Part shown: positions 51,734 to 59,389 of the stretch, in pieces
How positions within the stretch are numbered: the first letter of the stretch is position 1
How the letters are laid out: the number at the start of each line of letters is the position of its first letter
Source: Nitrospira sp.
Lineage (GTDB): Bacteria > Nitrospirota > Nitrospiria > Nitrospirales > Nitrospiraceae
Assembly (NCBI GenBank): GCA_030444405.1
Contig: JARFPM010000004.1
Location: 12,540-76,539, forward strand
Reading direction: 5' to 3'
DNA: 64,000 bases
The notes under the pieces: model-generated
The model's database searches: none
Seen by the model: only the letters and a program-made list of their open reading frames with translations
What the model was told of the DNA's origin: nothing
Translations under genes and position numbers: made by a program

Positions 51734-51878
51734 CCCCTCTTCCCGACTCTCGACGCCTTCCTCCTAAGTTCGGCTCATCCGACCTGACAGCCGTTTCTGA
51801 CTCCCCCTCAAGAATCCCGTCCCATCCGTCGATAAGTACATAGGCCGGTCCAACTACGAGTTCGAGGTATGCCGAAAA

Positions 51879-52724
51879 ATGGTAATTAGGGCGTTTCGTA
51901 ACCATGTGGTAGGCTGGCGGCCGCATGGGAACAGGGCCCAATCGGATTTTGGGTGTGCAGCCAACTTCTTGTGGGGACGCAAACGCGTCTTTTGTGGTTC
52001 GTTTCGCGTCAATCGGACTCGGCGCGGCTATGTCAAATGCCGCACCTGTCACAGACAGAAGAGCCTCGCGAAACTCCGGCGCGAGATTGCGATCCTGGAG
52101 GGGGTTCTATCAGCAGGTCCCAGCCTATTGGTTGGCGGATGACCTGGGGGTCGATCCCAAGGTCATCAGTCGGGTCTACCAGAAATTGCGGGCGGCGTTG
52201 TTCCACGTCGCCGAATTGGAAGGCATGGCCAGTAAACTCTCGGGCGAGATCGAGCTGGACGAAGCCTATTTCGGCGGGCGACGCAAGGGCCACGTCGGTC
52301 GGGGAGCCGCTGGCAAAAGCGTCGTCTTCGGGCTACTGGAGCAGGATGGGCGCATGTATACAGAAGGTGGGGGAGCATGTGTCGGCGGAAACCCTCATGG
52401 CCCACATTTAGACCACCACCCGCAAAGGCTCCGTCTACTACACGATGCCTTCCGGGGCTATCAATCGTTGCGGCGCTATGGTAAACATCACACCGTCAAT
52501 CACAAAGAGCCTGGTCGATGCCAGGACCAAGAACCATATCAACGGAATCGACGGCTTCTCGTCGTTTGCCAAGCATATTTTGCACAATTACCGAGTCGTG
52601 TCCAAGTATCACTTCCCGAAGTATCTGGAAGTATCTGAAGGAAATTGAGTACCGGTTCAACCACCGCAAGGAAAACCTCTTCAAGCTCTTCTTGCGGTGT
52701 TTCTTCGGTTACGTTTCGCCCTAA
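51879..52724 (+). pseudogene. IS1595/ISXO2-like transposase, multiply frameshifted
   Basis: Homologous segments are scattered over three frames. They are the zinc ribbon YVKCRTCHRQKSL (ORF 51879), IELDEAYFGGRRKGHVGRGAAGKSVVFGLLEQDG and DAFRGYQSLRRYGKHHTVNH (ORF 51925), HVSAETLMAHI (ORF 51953), HINGIDGFSSFAKH (ORF 52445) and EIEYRFNHRKENLFKLFL (ORF 52518). At least four frame changes are needed to join them. Confidence 0.8.
51881..51903. repeat. IS left terminal inverted repeat
   Basis: GGTAATTAGGGCGTTTCGTAACC. The reverse complement of the right end is GGTAATTAGGGCGAAACGTAACC. Confidence 0.85.
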
Positions 52725-52729
52725 TTACC
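52707..52729. repeat. IS right terminal inverted repeat
   Basis: GGTTACGTTTCGCCCTAATTACC. Confidence 0.85.
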
Positions 52730-52736
52730 CGAAAAA

Positions 52737-55022
52737 ATGATCATTATGCCATCTGATTCAGACAAGCCCCATGGTCTGACACGTCGGGAACTGGTCCGAC
52801 TACTGGGCACATCGGCCGGTCTGGCCTGTCTCGCCCCCCTGGCCGGCTGTGGCAGCTTCTGGGAACGCCAAGCGGCCATCCCCGTCGATAGCTGGCACAA
52901 GGGTGTCTGCCGATTCTGCGGAACCGGTTGCGGCGTCATGATTGGCCTCAAAGACAACAAGGTGGCGGACGTCAAGGGAGACGACGACGCCCACAACCGC
53001 GGCCGCCTCTGTATCAAGGGCCTGGCCACCCGCGACATTCTTTATTCAGAGGGCCGCGCCCTCCACCCGATGATCCGGAAGAACGGCGAGCTCCAGCGTG
53101 CGAGCTGGGATGAAGCCATGACGCTGGTCACCCAGCGGTTCAAAGAGGCCATCCAGACCCACGGGCCGGACAGCGTCGCCTTCTACGGCAGCGGGCAGCT
53201 CTACACGCAGGAAAGCTACACCGCAAACAAACTCTTCAAGGCCGGCATTGGCACGAACAATGTGGACGGCAACCCGCGGCTGTGCATGGCCTCGGCGGTC
53301 ACCGGCTACACCACAACCTTCGGCAAGGACGAGCCAGCCGGCTGCTACGAGGACATTGACCACGCCGAGTGTTTCTTCATCACGGGCTCGAATACCCTGG
53401 AGTGCCATCCGATCATATGGGAGCGAGTGCGGGACCGCAAGCGGAGCCATCCCACCACGAAAATCATCCTCGTCGATCCACGCAAGACCCCCACAGCACG
53501 ACACGTGGACCTGCACCTGCCGATCCTACCCGGCACGGACGTCTCGCTGTACAACGCGATGATCCACGTCTTTCTGGAAGAGAATTTCATCGACGCGGAC
53601 ATGGTCGAGCACTACCTGTCGTTCCAGGAGGGCGAGCAAAAACGGACCTTCGACGACTTCAAACGACACATCGCGAAATATCAGCCGGAAACGGCGGCTA
53701 AAACCTGCGGCGTGACCGCGCGAGACATCCGCAAGGCGGCCTTCCTGTTCGCCTCGTCGAAAGCTACCCTGTCGCTGTGGACGATGGGCCTGAACCAGCA
53801 GGTGCAGGGGACTGCCTCCAACCGCTTGGTCAGTGCCATGCATCTCCTGACGGGGCACTTCGGCCGACCCGGCGCCACGCCGTTTTCGTTGACGGGCCAG
53901 CCGAACGCCTGCGGCGGCGTGCGCGACACCGGCTCGCTCGCGCATGCGCTGCCGAACGGGCGCCTCGTCGCCAACCCGAAACACCGCGAGGAAATGGAGG
54001 ACCTGTGGAAAGTCCCCCGCGGACGAATTAGCCCCAAACCGGGCTACCACACCGTCGCCCTGTTCGACGCGATGAACCGCGGAGCCGTGAAGTGCTGCCT
54101 CGTAATGTGTACGAACCCCGGTCAGACGCTCCCAAACGTCACAGCCTACCGGGAGGGTATGGAGAAAACCTTCTTGGTCGTGGTGGATGCCTTTCATCCG
54201 ACGGAAACGACAAAATTCGCCGACGTGGTGCTGCCTGCTGCACTATGGGTGGAGAAGGAAGGAGTGACAGGCAACACAGAACGGCGATACCACCTCTACC
54301 CGAAGCTCGTCGATCCGCCAGGCGAGGCCAAGAGCGACCTGGAGATTCTCGTCGATCTGGCGACCCGTCTTGGCCACGGTGATCTGATCGTGACCCGCAC
54401 GCCACGGGACGTCTGGGACGAATGGCGTAAGGTGTCGGCTCACTCGAAATACAACTTCGAGGGCATCACCTACGAACGGCTGCAGAAGGAACGCGGCATC
54501 CTCTGGCCCTGCCCCACGGAGACGCATCCGGGCACCAAGCGGCGGTACGTCCCAGGACAGGACCCCATGGCCTCAGGCACTGGCCGGTTCGACTTCTACG
54601 GCAAACCGGACGGCCGGGCCGTGGTCTGGCTCGATCACCAGGAGGAACCACTGGATCTGTACACAAACGAATACCCGCTGATCTTCAACACGGGCCGGAT
54701 CCTGGAGCACTGGCACACAATGACCATTACCGGCCAAGCGCCGACGCTCAAGGACATCCATCCCGACTACCTAGAGATCCATCCCTACGACGCCAACCGG
54801 TTCAAGATCACGGACGGTGATCCGGTGATCGTGAAGAGCCGCCGCGGGGAAGTCGAGTTGCGCGCCCGCCTGTCCGATATCGTGCAGCCCGGCATGGTGT
54901 TCGCGACGATGCACTCGGCCAGGCACCTGATCAATCAAGCCACCCACGATGCGCACGACCCCTTTTCAAAACAACCGGCGTTCAAGCGGTGCGCGGTATC
55001 GGTCCGGACGAAAACGGCCTAG
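52737..55022 (+). CDS. napA: Tat-exported bis-MGD molybdoenzyme, periplasmic nitrate reductase NapA-like (monomeric ~760-aa class)
   Basis: Twin-arginine signal LTRRELVRLLG followed by LAPLAGCGS. [4Fe-4S] motif CRFCGTGCG...RGRLCIKG. Mo-ligand region NPRLCMASAVTGY. GSNTLECHPIIWERV. Confidence 0.75.
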   Translation: MIIMPSDSDKPHGLTRRELVRLLGTSAGLACLAPLAGCGSFWERQAAIPVDSWHKGVCRFCGTGCGVMIGLKDNKVADVKGDDDAHNRGRLCIKGLATRDILYSEGRALHPMIRKNGELQRASWDEAMTLVTQRFKEAIQTHGPDSVAFYGSGQLYTQESYTANKLFKAGIGTNNVDGNPRLCMASAVTGYTTTFGKDEPAGCYEDIDHAECFFITGSNTLECHPIIWERVRDRKRSHPTTKIILVDPRKTPTARHVDLHLPILPGTDVSLYNAMIHVFLEENFIDADMVEHYLSFQEGEQKRTFDDFKRHIAKYQPETAAKTCGVTARDIRKAAFLFASSKATLSLWTMGLNQQVQGTASNRLVSAMHLLTGHFGRPGATPFSLTGQPNACGGVRDTGSLAHALPNGRLVANPKHREEMEDLWKVPRGRISPKPGYHTVALFDAMNRGAVKCCLVMCTNPGQTLPNVTAYREGMEKTFLVVVDAFHPTETTKFADVVLPAALWVEKEGVTGNTERRYHLYPKLVDPPGEAKSDLEILVDLATRLGHGDLIVTRTPRDVWDEWRKVSAHSKYNFEGITYERLQKERGILWPCPTETHPGTKRRYVPGQDPMASGTGRFDFYGKPDGRAVVWLDHQEEPLDLYTNEYPLIFNTGRILEHWHTMTITGQAPTLKDIHPDYLEIHPYDANRFKITDGDPVIVKSRRGEVELRARLSDIVQPGMVFATMHSARHLINQATHDAHDPFSKQPAFKRCAVSVRTKTA

Positions 55023-55035
55023 CGAAGGACGGACG

Positions 55036-55782
55036 ATGGCACGGACGCACCAGCAATCCCTCATCGCATTCCTGACCGTGGCCAGCCTGTGGGCCGTACC
55101 GGCCTGGGCGGCCGGCGCGCACGACGTTGTATCAAGCGAGGACATCATCCGCAGCATCGGCATCGCCGCCTCGGTGGCCGGCATCCTGCTGCTCATCCTT
55201 GTGCAGTACGTGTACCGGGAGCGCCTCCCACATGGCACCTACCACCGGCTGCTCCTGGTCGGCGTGTTCCTCCTGCCCCTCGCCGCAACCTGGAGCACGA
55301 CGGCAACGGTGATGGAAGGCACCAAGTCGGTGCAGGCCTGTAGATCCTGCCACGTCATGCATCCGTTCGTGAATGACATGACCAGCGCGAGCAGCCCCAC
55401 GCTGGCCGCCCGGCACTACCGAAACAACTGGATCGCGAAAGACCAGTGCTACGCCTGTCACGTCACCTATGGCGCGACCGGAACTCTGGCGGGCAAACGG
55501 GACGGCTTCCGGCACTGGTTGCATTATGTGACCAACACCTACCCTGACCCCATCCAGTACGTGGGAAGCTACGCCAACTCCAATTGCCTGTCGTGTCACC
55601 AGGGGACCGAGAAATGGGAGCGCGTGAAAAGCCACCAGACACTCGTGGGGGAACTGTGGGCAGATCGCATCGCGTGCATCACGTGCCATGGACCGCCGCA
55701 TCCCCTCCCTCGCGAGCGAACCGTCGCGGTGGCGAGCCGGGATGCGTCGCGCGGAACGGCGGGAGGACTTCATGGACAGTGA
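55036..55782 (+). CDS. napC: tetraheme cytochrome c, NapC/NirT/NrfH family, with N-terminal extension
   Basis: Four CxxCH motifs: CRSCH, CYACH, CLSCH, CITCH. TM segment then TATVMEGTKSVQACRSCHVM as in NapC. ATG 55036 preceded by GAAGGACGG. ORF 54949..55782. Confidence 0.72.
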   Translation: MARTHQQSLIAFLTVASLWAVPAWAAGAHDVVSSEDIIRSIGIAASVAGILLLILVQYVYRERLPHGTYHRLLLVGVFLLPLAATWSTTATVMEGTKSVQACRSCHVMHPFVNDMTSASSPTLAARHYRNNWIAKDQCYACHVTYGATGTLAGKRDGFRHWLHYVTNTYPDPIQYVGSYANSNCLSCHQGTEKWERVKSHQTLVGELWADRIACITCHGPPHPLPRERTVAVASRDASRGTAGGLHGQ

Positions 55783-56011
55783 CAAACCCAGAGCCTCGTA
55801 TCAGACGTCCACATGGGTGACCCGGCAATTGACGCTAGCCGTCAACTGCGCCATAGTCGGCCTCGCCTGTATACTGCTCTTCCTCTGGCACGAGTTTGGG
55901 GCCTGGACGATCGGCCTGGGCACCTTCGTTGGCATCCCCCTGCTGGGGGTCGCCGTGCTGCTCTACATCGGCGCCGTCATCACCGACCTGAAAACGAGGA
56001 ATGCGCTGTAA
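55772..56011 (+). CDS. small two-TM membrane protein
   Basis: MDSDKPRASYQTSTWVTRQLTLAVNCAIVGLACILLFLW...GIPLLGVAVLLYIGAVI. 11-nt overlap with the napC-like gene. No family recognised. Confidence 0.45.
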   Translation: MDSDKPRASYQTSTWVTRQLTLAVNCAIVGLACILLFLWHEFGAWTIGLGTFVGIPLLGVAVLLYIGAVITDLKTRNAL

Positions 56012-56030
56012 GGCGACCGTCCGCCGGAGC

Positions 56031-56180
56031 TTGCCTCCATCAGTCAGCCGCGCGACGGCCGGCCACTACAAGGGCCCCCTCGTCATTTCCTCGCCTGGGT
56101 CCGAAGGGGCCGTGAATTTGAGGATGGAAAAGCTGATCCTGCCGGAAGTGGGCCACTTGGTGCAACAACTCTCGAAGTGA
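56031..56180 (+). pseudogene. relic of a second moaB 3' end (last ~50 codons, no start)
   Basis: In-frame translation ..[44 protein letters not shown] aligns without gaps to the intact MoaB tail [44 protein letters not shown]. Confidence 0.75.
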
Positions 56181-56183
56181 GTC

Positions 56184-56235
56184 CTGAGTGCTGGGCGCTG
56201 AGTATCCGGAGCACTCAGCTCTCAGCACCCAGCAC
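56184..56235. terminator. compound hairpin between convergent genes (possible bidirectional terminator / REP-like element)
   Basis: ctgagtgc (56184-91) pairs with gcactcag (56211-18). gtgctgggcgctgag (56188-202) pairs with ctcagcacccagcac (56221-35) with one mismatch. Confidence 0.4.
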
Positions 56236-56240
56236 TTACA

Positions 56241-56675
56241 TTAGTCTTGTCCGATCTTCGGCTCCGAATACCCCATCTCCTGTGAAATCTTAGACTGTGC
56301 ATAACGCTTATAATGCAACAGCAGGTCACGCACGGAGACGATTCCGACGATTTCACCGTTTTTTGTGACGCCGAGATGGCGCACGCCCAACTCAGCCATC
56401 ATATCTTGTGCATCATCGACCGTCTGACTCCCTTCGATTGTACAGATCGGAGTCGTCATGATCTTCTCAACCGTCAACTTGCCCAGTGGTTTGCCGCTCG
56501 CGACCGCGAGGCGCACGATATCCGTGTCCGTCACGATGCCGGTCAATTGCTTTCCCTTTTTTACGAGCAGAGAGCCAACACGAGCCTGACGCATCGCCTT
56601 GGCGGCGCTGGCGATTGATGTCTTCGGCCCGATGGACTTTGGACGTTTGGCCATAATCTGACTCACAGTAGACAT
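56241..56675 (-). CDS. CBS-pair domain protein
   Basis: Two CBS repeats. GIVTDTDIVRLAV..., VRHLGVTKNGEIVGIVSVRDLL. Paralog of 26168..26560. Confidence 0.8.
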   Translation of the reverse strand: MSTVSQIMAKRPKSIGPKTSIASAAKAMRQARVGSLLVKKGKQLTGIVTDTDIVRLAVASGKPLGKLTVEKIMTTPICTIEGSQTVDDAQDMMAELGVRHLGVTKNGEIVGIVSVRDLLLHYKRYAQSKISQEMGYSEPKIGQD

Positions 56676-56835
56676 ACGTTTTCCCCTTTCATGTCATGTG
56701 GTTGATTGTCAATCTTTGAACGCTGGCCATGTTCGGTCTGAATGAAACTAGGGTAGCACAGAACACTGGGAAGGCTCAAAACGGACAGTGACAGAATCCA
56801 GGCCACTAGCGGCGGGTGGCGCAAGGTTGGAATGC

Positions 56836-57864
56836 TCAACAGGTGAGTACGATCTTGCCGAAAAACTTCCGGCTCGCCATCAATTCTTGAGCTGCACGCG
56901 CTTCTTCCAAAGGGAAAGTTCGATCAATGACGGCCTTCAAGCGCCCTTGGCCCATCAATTCTGCTGCTTTCACGAGTTCAGCTCGCGTACCCATATAGGA
57001 TCCCTTGATCGTGAGTTGTCTAGAAAACACGTAGCGCAAGTTCAACTTAACGTCTCCACCGGTTGTCGCTCCGCAAGTGATCAACCGTCCACCTTTGGCA
57101 AGGGATTCAACGCAATTGTCCCACACCTCTGGTCCGATGTGTTCGACGACGACATCGACCCCTCGCCCATCCGTCAGTAACCTGACTCGCTCCGCGACCC
57201 GTTCCTTGGCATGGTTGATCACGGCGTCAGCTCCCAGAGCCAGGGCTTTAGGAATCTTGTCGTCGCTCCCGACCGTCGTCAGGACGCGTGCCCCTGCGAG
57301 TTTGGCCATTTGCACAGCCATCATCCCGACACCGCTCCCCGCCCCCATGACAAGCACCGTTTCGCCATGCTGAAGCGCGGCCAAAGGAAACAGCATATGC
57401 GCCGCCGTCACAGAAACGAGAGGAAAGGCTGCCGCTTGTTCGAAGCTCAGATTTTCAGACATCGAGAGCACATTCCGAAACGGCACCTTGACATATTCGG
57501 CATAACCACCATGGGTCACGGCTCCGAGAAGATTATAGGTCCGGCACATGTTGTCCCGGCCCTCCAGGCAATACTGGCACTGCCAGCAACTGATTCCCGG
57601 CGACAAGAAAACCCGTGCTCCAACGGAAACGCCTTCCACTTGGGAACCGACCTTTTCAACAATCCCTGAGACATCCGACCCTCCTACATGCGGTAACGGC
57701 ATGGGGTAGGCAGGGTTTCCTTGCCTGATCCAAATATCGAGATGGTTCACCGCACAGGCCTTTACTCGAATCAAGACCTCTTGCGGACCGATCTGCGGCA
57801 TCGGCATGTCTTCATACGAAAGCTTATCCGGCCCACCGTGTTCCTTAAATGCAACAGCTTTCAT
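56836..57864 (-). CDS. zinc-type alcohol dehydrogenase / quinone oxidoreductase (MDR superfamily)
   Basis: ORF 56836..57903, start at MKAVAFKEHGG. GSDVSGIVEKVG, cofactor site VLVMGAGSGVGMMAVQMAK. Confidence 0.85.
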   Translation of the reverse strand: MKAVAFKEHGGPDKLSYEDMPMPQIGPQEVLIRVKACAVNHLDIWIRQGNPAYPMPLPHVGGSDVSGIVEKVGSQVEGVSVGARVFLSPGISCWQCQYCLEGRDNMCRTYNLLGAVTHGGYAEYVKVPFRNVLSMSENLSFEQAAAFPLVSVTAAHMLFPLAALQHGETVLVMGAGSGVGMMAVQMAKLAGARVLTTVGSDDKIPKALALGADAVINHAKERVAERVRLLTDGRGVDVVVEHIGPEVWDNCVESLAKGGRLITCGATTGGDVKLNLRYVFSRQLTIKGSYMGTRAELVKAAELMGQGRLKAVIDRTFPLEEARAAQELMASRKFFGKIVLTC

Positions 57865-58017
57865 GTGGATATTTCTCACCTCACCGTTATCCAGCGTCGA
57901 CACTGTGTCGGAAGAATCTGGTGAGATCTTGAGGGAGTTCCGGGCACCAGACTCTGAACCCCGAGCAGAAAACCGATTCTCATCCTCCTGCTTGGGACTG
58001 AGTACCAGGCATCTTTG

Positions 58018-58947
58018 TCAGAACGTCAGGGTCCCTTCCACCACCATCACACACTGCCCACCGACCTTCACACCTTGGATCACGTCGTCGTCCGACACAA
58101 CTTGCACCAGAATCCGTGATGGCCGATCGATTTCGTAGCCCTGTTCGATGAGGATGTCCGTTGTCGGTCCGACTTCTACGACGCCGTTATGAACCAGGTA
58201 GGCGCCCAGGGCGCCGCCGGCGCTGCCAGTCGCAGGATCCTCCAAAATACCGATCTTGGGTGCGAACATCCTCGCGTGGACGGAGGCAAACGATTCAACC
58301 GTCACCGTCGTGAGGACCATGATTCCATTGGCTCCGAATCGCTCGCAGACGTTGATGATGGCCGACGCATCAGGGTTGATCGACCGAACGGCCGTCAATG
58401 TTCGCACCGGCACGATCAAGACCGGCAAGCCGGTCGACACGACTTGGAGGGGCCATTTTGTATCGGCGATCACATGCTTCGGCAAGCCAAGGGCTCCACC
58501 GACCAGATGCACATCCTCAATGGCGTCGATAGGATCAAGAAATTCCGGTTTAGGTTGAGACATGACGACCCGTACCACATGGCTCTGTTCCGCATGCAAT
58601 TCGACAGAAAACAACCCGATATTACATTCCTGCGTGACATGGGTCACCGGTTCCCGAGTGGAAATCCTTCCGAGCTCAGCCAACACGTAAAACGTCCCCA
58701 ACACCGGATGGCCGGCAAAGGGAATTTCCTGTGTCGGGGTAAAGATCCGCAATCTGGCTACGGCAGCAGGATCGGTCGGTGGAAAGACGAACACCGTCTC
58801 CGAGAGATTCATCTCCCGCGCAATCTGTTGCAGCTCGTCGTCCGTCAGTCCATCCGCATCAGGAAAGACCGCAACAGGATTGCCGCCGAAGGGTTGAGAG
58901 GTAAAGACGTCAGCCTGATAGAATTTTAGAGCCCGGTGTTCAGCCAT
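58018..58947 (-). CDS. PhzF-family isomerase
   Basis: ORF 58018..59007, start at MAEHRALKFYQADVFTSQPFGGNPVAV. SETVFV, GHPVLGT, EDPATGSAGGALGAY. Confidence 0.85.
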   Translation of the reverse strand: MAEHRALKFYQADVFTSQPFGGNPVAVFPDADGLTDDELQQIAREMNLSETVFVFPPTDPAAVARLRIFTPTQEIPFAGHPVLGTFYVLAELGRISTREPVTHVTQECNIGLFSVELHAEQSHVVRVVMSQPKPEFLDPIDAIEDVHLVGGALGLPKHVIADTKWPLQVVSTGLPVLIVPVRTLTAVRSINPDASAIINVCERFGANGIMVLTTVTVESFASVHARMFAPKIGILEDPATGSAGGALGAYLVHNGVVEVGPTTDILIEQGYEIDRPSRILVQVVSDDDVIQGVKVGGQCVMVVEGTLTF

Positions 58948-59052
58948 AGTCACTCCCAAACTCGTCTGGATAACATCTGAGAACCTGTTCGTACCGTGAG
59001 CAAGCATCCGCCATCATTTGACAGGTCTCGCCCTCTTTGGCAGACTCCGCCC

Positions 59053-59310
59053 ATGGATCGCATCACCGAGCAGGACGTCGCCCATGCGCTGGACATTCTG
59101 GGCCTCACACTCCCCATCACCACTGAAGATCTGGAACGGGCGAAGCGGGTCCAGCTCTACAACTGGAATCCCGCACGCTATGCCGGCCTCAGCAACAATC
59201 CAAAGCAATACATGCAACAGTATCGGAAAGCCGAGGAGATGACTCGGACGGTTGAGGCCGCCTATGCGCTGATTTCAGCGGTCTTTGTTCCCGACGACTC
59301 CGGACCGTAA
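59053..59310 (+). CDS. hypothetical protein (weak J-domain-like helix pattern)
   Basis: ORF 58996..59310. ILGLTLPITTEDLERAKRVQLYNWNPARY is vaguely DnaJ-like but lacks HPD. Coding status uncertain. Confidence 0.35.
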   Translation: MDRITEQDVAHALDILGLTLPITTEDLERAKRVQLYNWNPARYAGLSNNPKQYMQQYRKAEEMTRTVEAAYALISAVFVPDDSGP

Positions 59311-59324
59311 TCGTCAAACGCCAC

Positions 59325-59338
59325 TTGTCATTCGTCAA
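59325..59338. repeat. 14-bp motif TTGTCATTCGTCAA, copy 1
   Basis: Exact copy of 61282..61295. Lies ~55 nt past the stop of the first radical SAM gene (minus-strand sense). Confidence 0.6.
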
Positions 59339-59389
59339 TCGTGGAGCTGGAGATCTGTCCATCTCATTAACGTGCGGCGTCTCCCCCCT

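Larger units (their letters stand above)
51881..52729 (+). mobile_element. IS1595-family insertion sequence with intact ends and a degenerate transposase
   Basis: 23-bp terminal inverted repeats (20/23 match) and near-identical flanking direct repeats CGAAAAAT (51873-51880) / CGAAAAAAT (52730-52738). The interior encodes ISXO2/IS1595-like transposase segments in several frames. Confidence 0.85.

Noticed and set aside
53526-54197. 223-aa minus-strand ORF, plus several others (53046..53516, 55132..55785), inside the nap-like genes
   Set aside because: The high-GC region generates long antisense ORFs. The plus-strand frames carry the Fe-S, Mo-ligand and CxxCH motifs, and the antisense translations have none.
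52737-55022. Selenocysteine-containing formate dehydrogenase-type enzyme
   Set aside because: The frame has no internal TGA. The Mo-ligand position is a Cys codon within RLCMASAV, and the Fe-S motif is the NapA-type CRFCGTGCG rather than the Fdh type.
58189-58929. 246-aa plus-strand ORF
   Set aside because: It lies antisense to the PhzF-family gene, which has clear family motifs.
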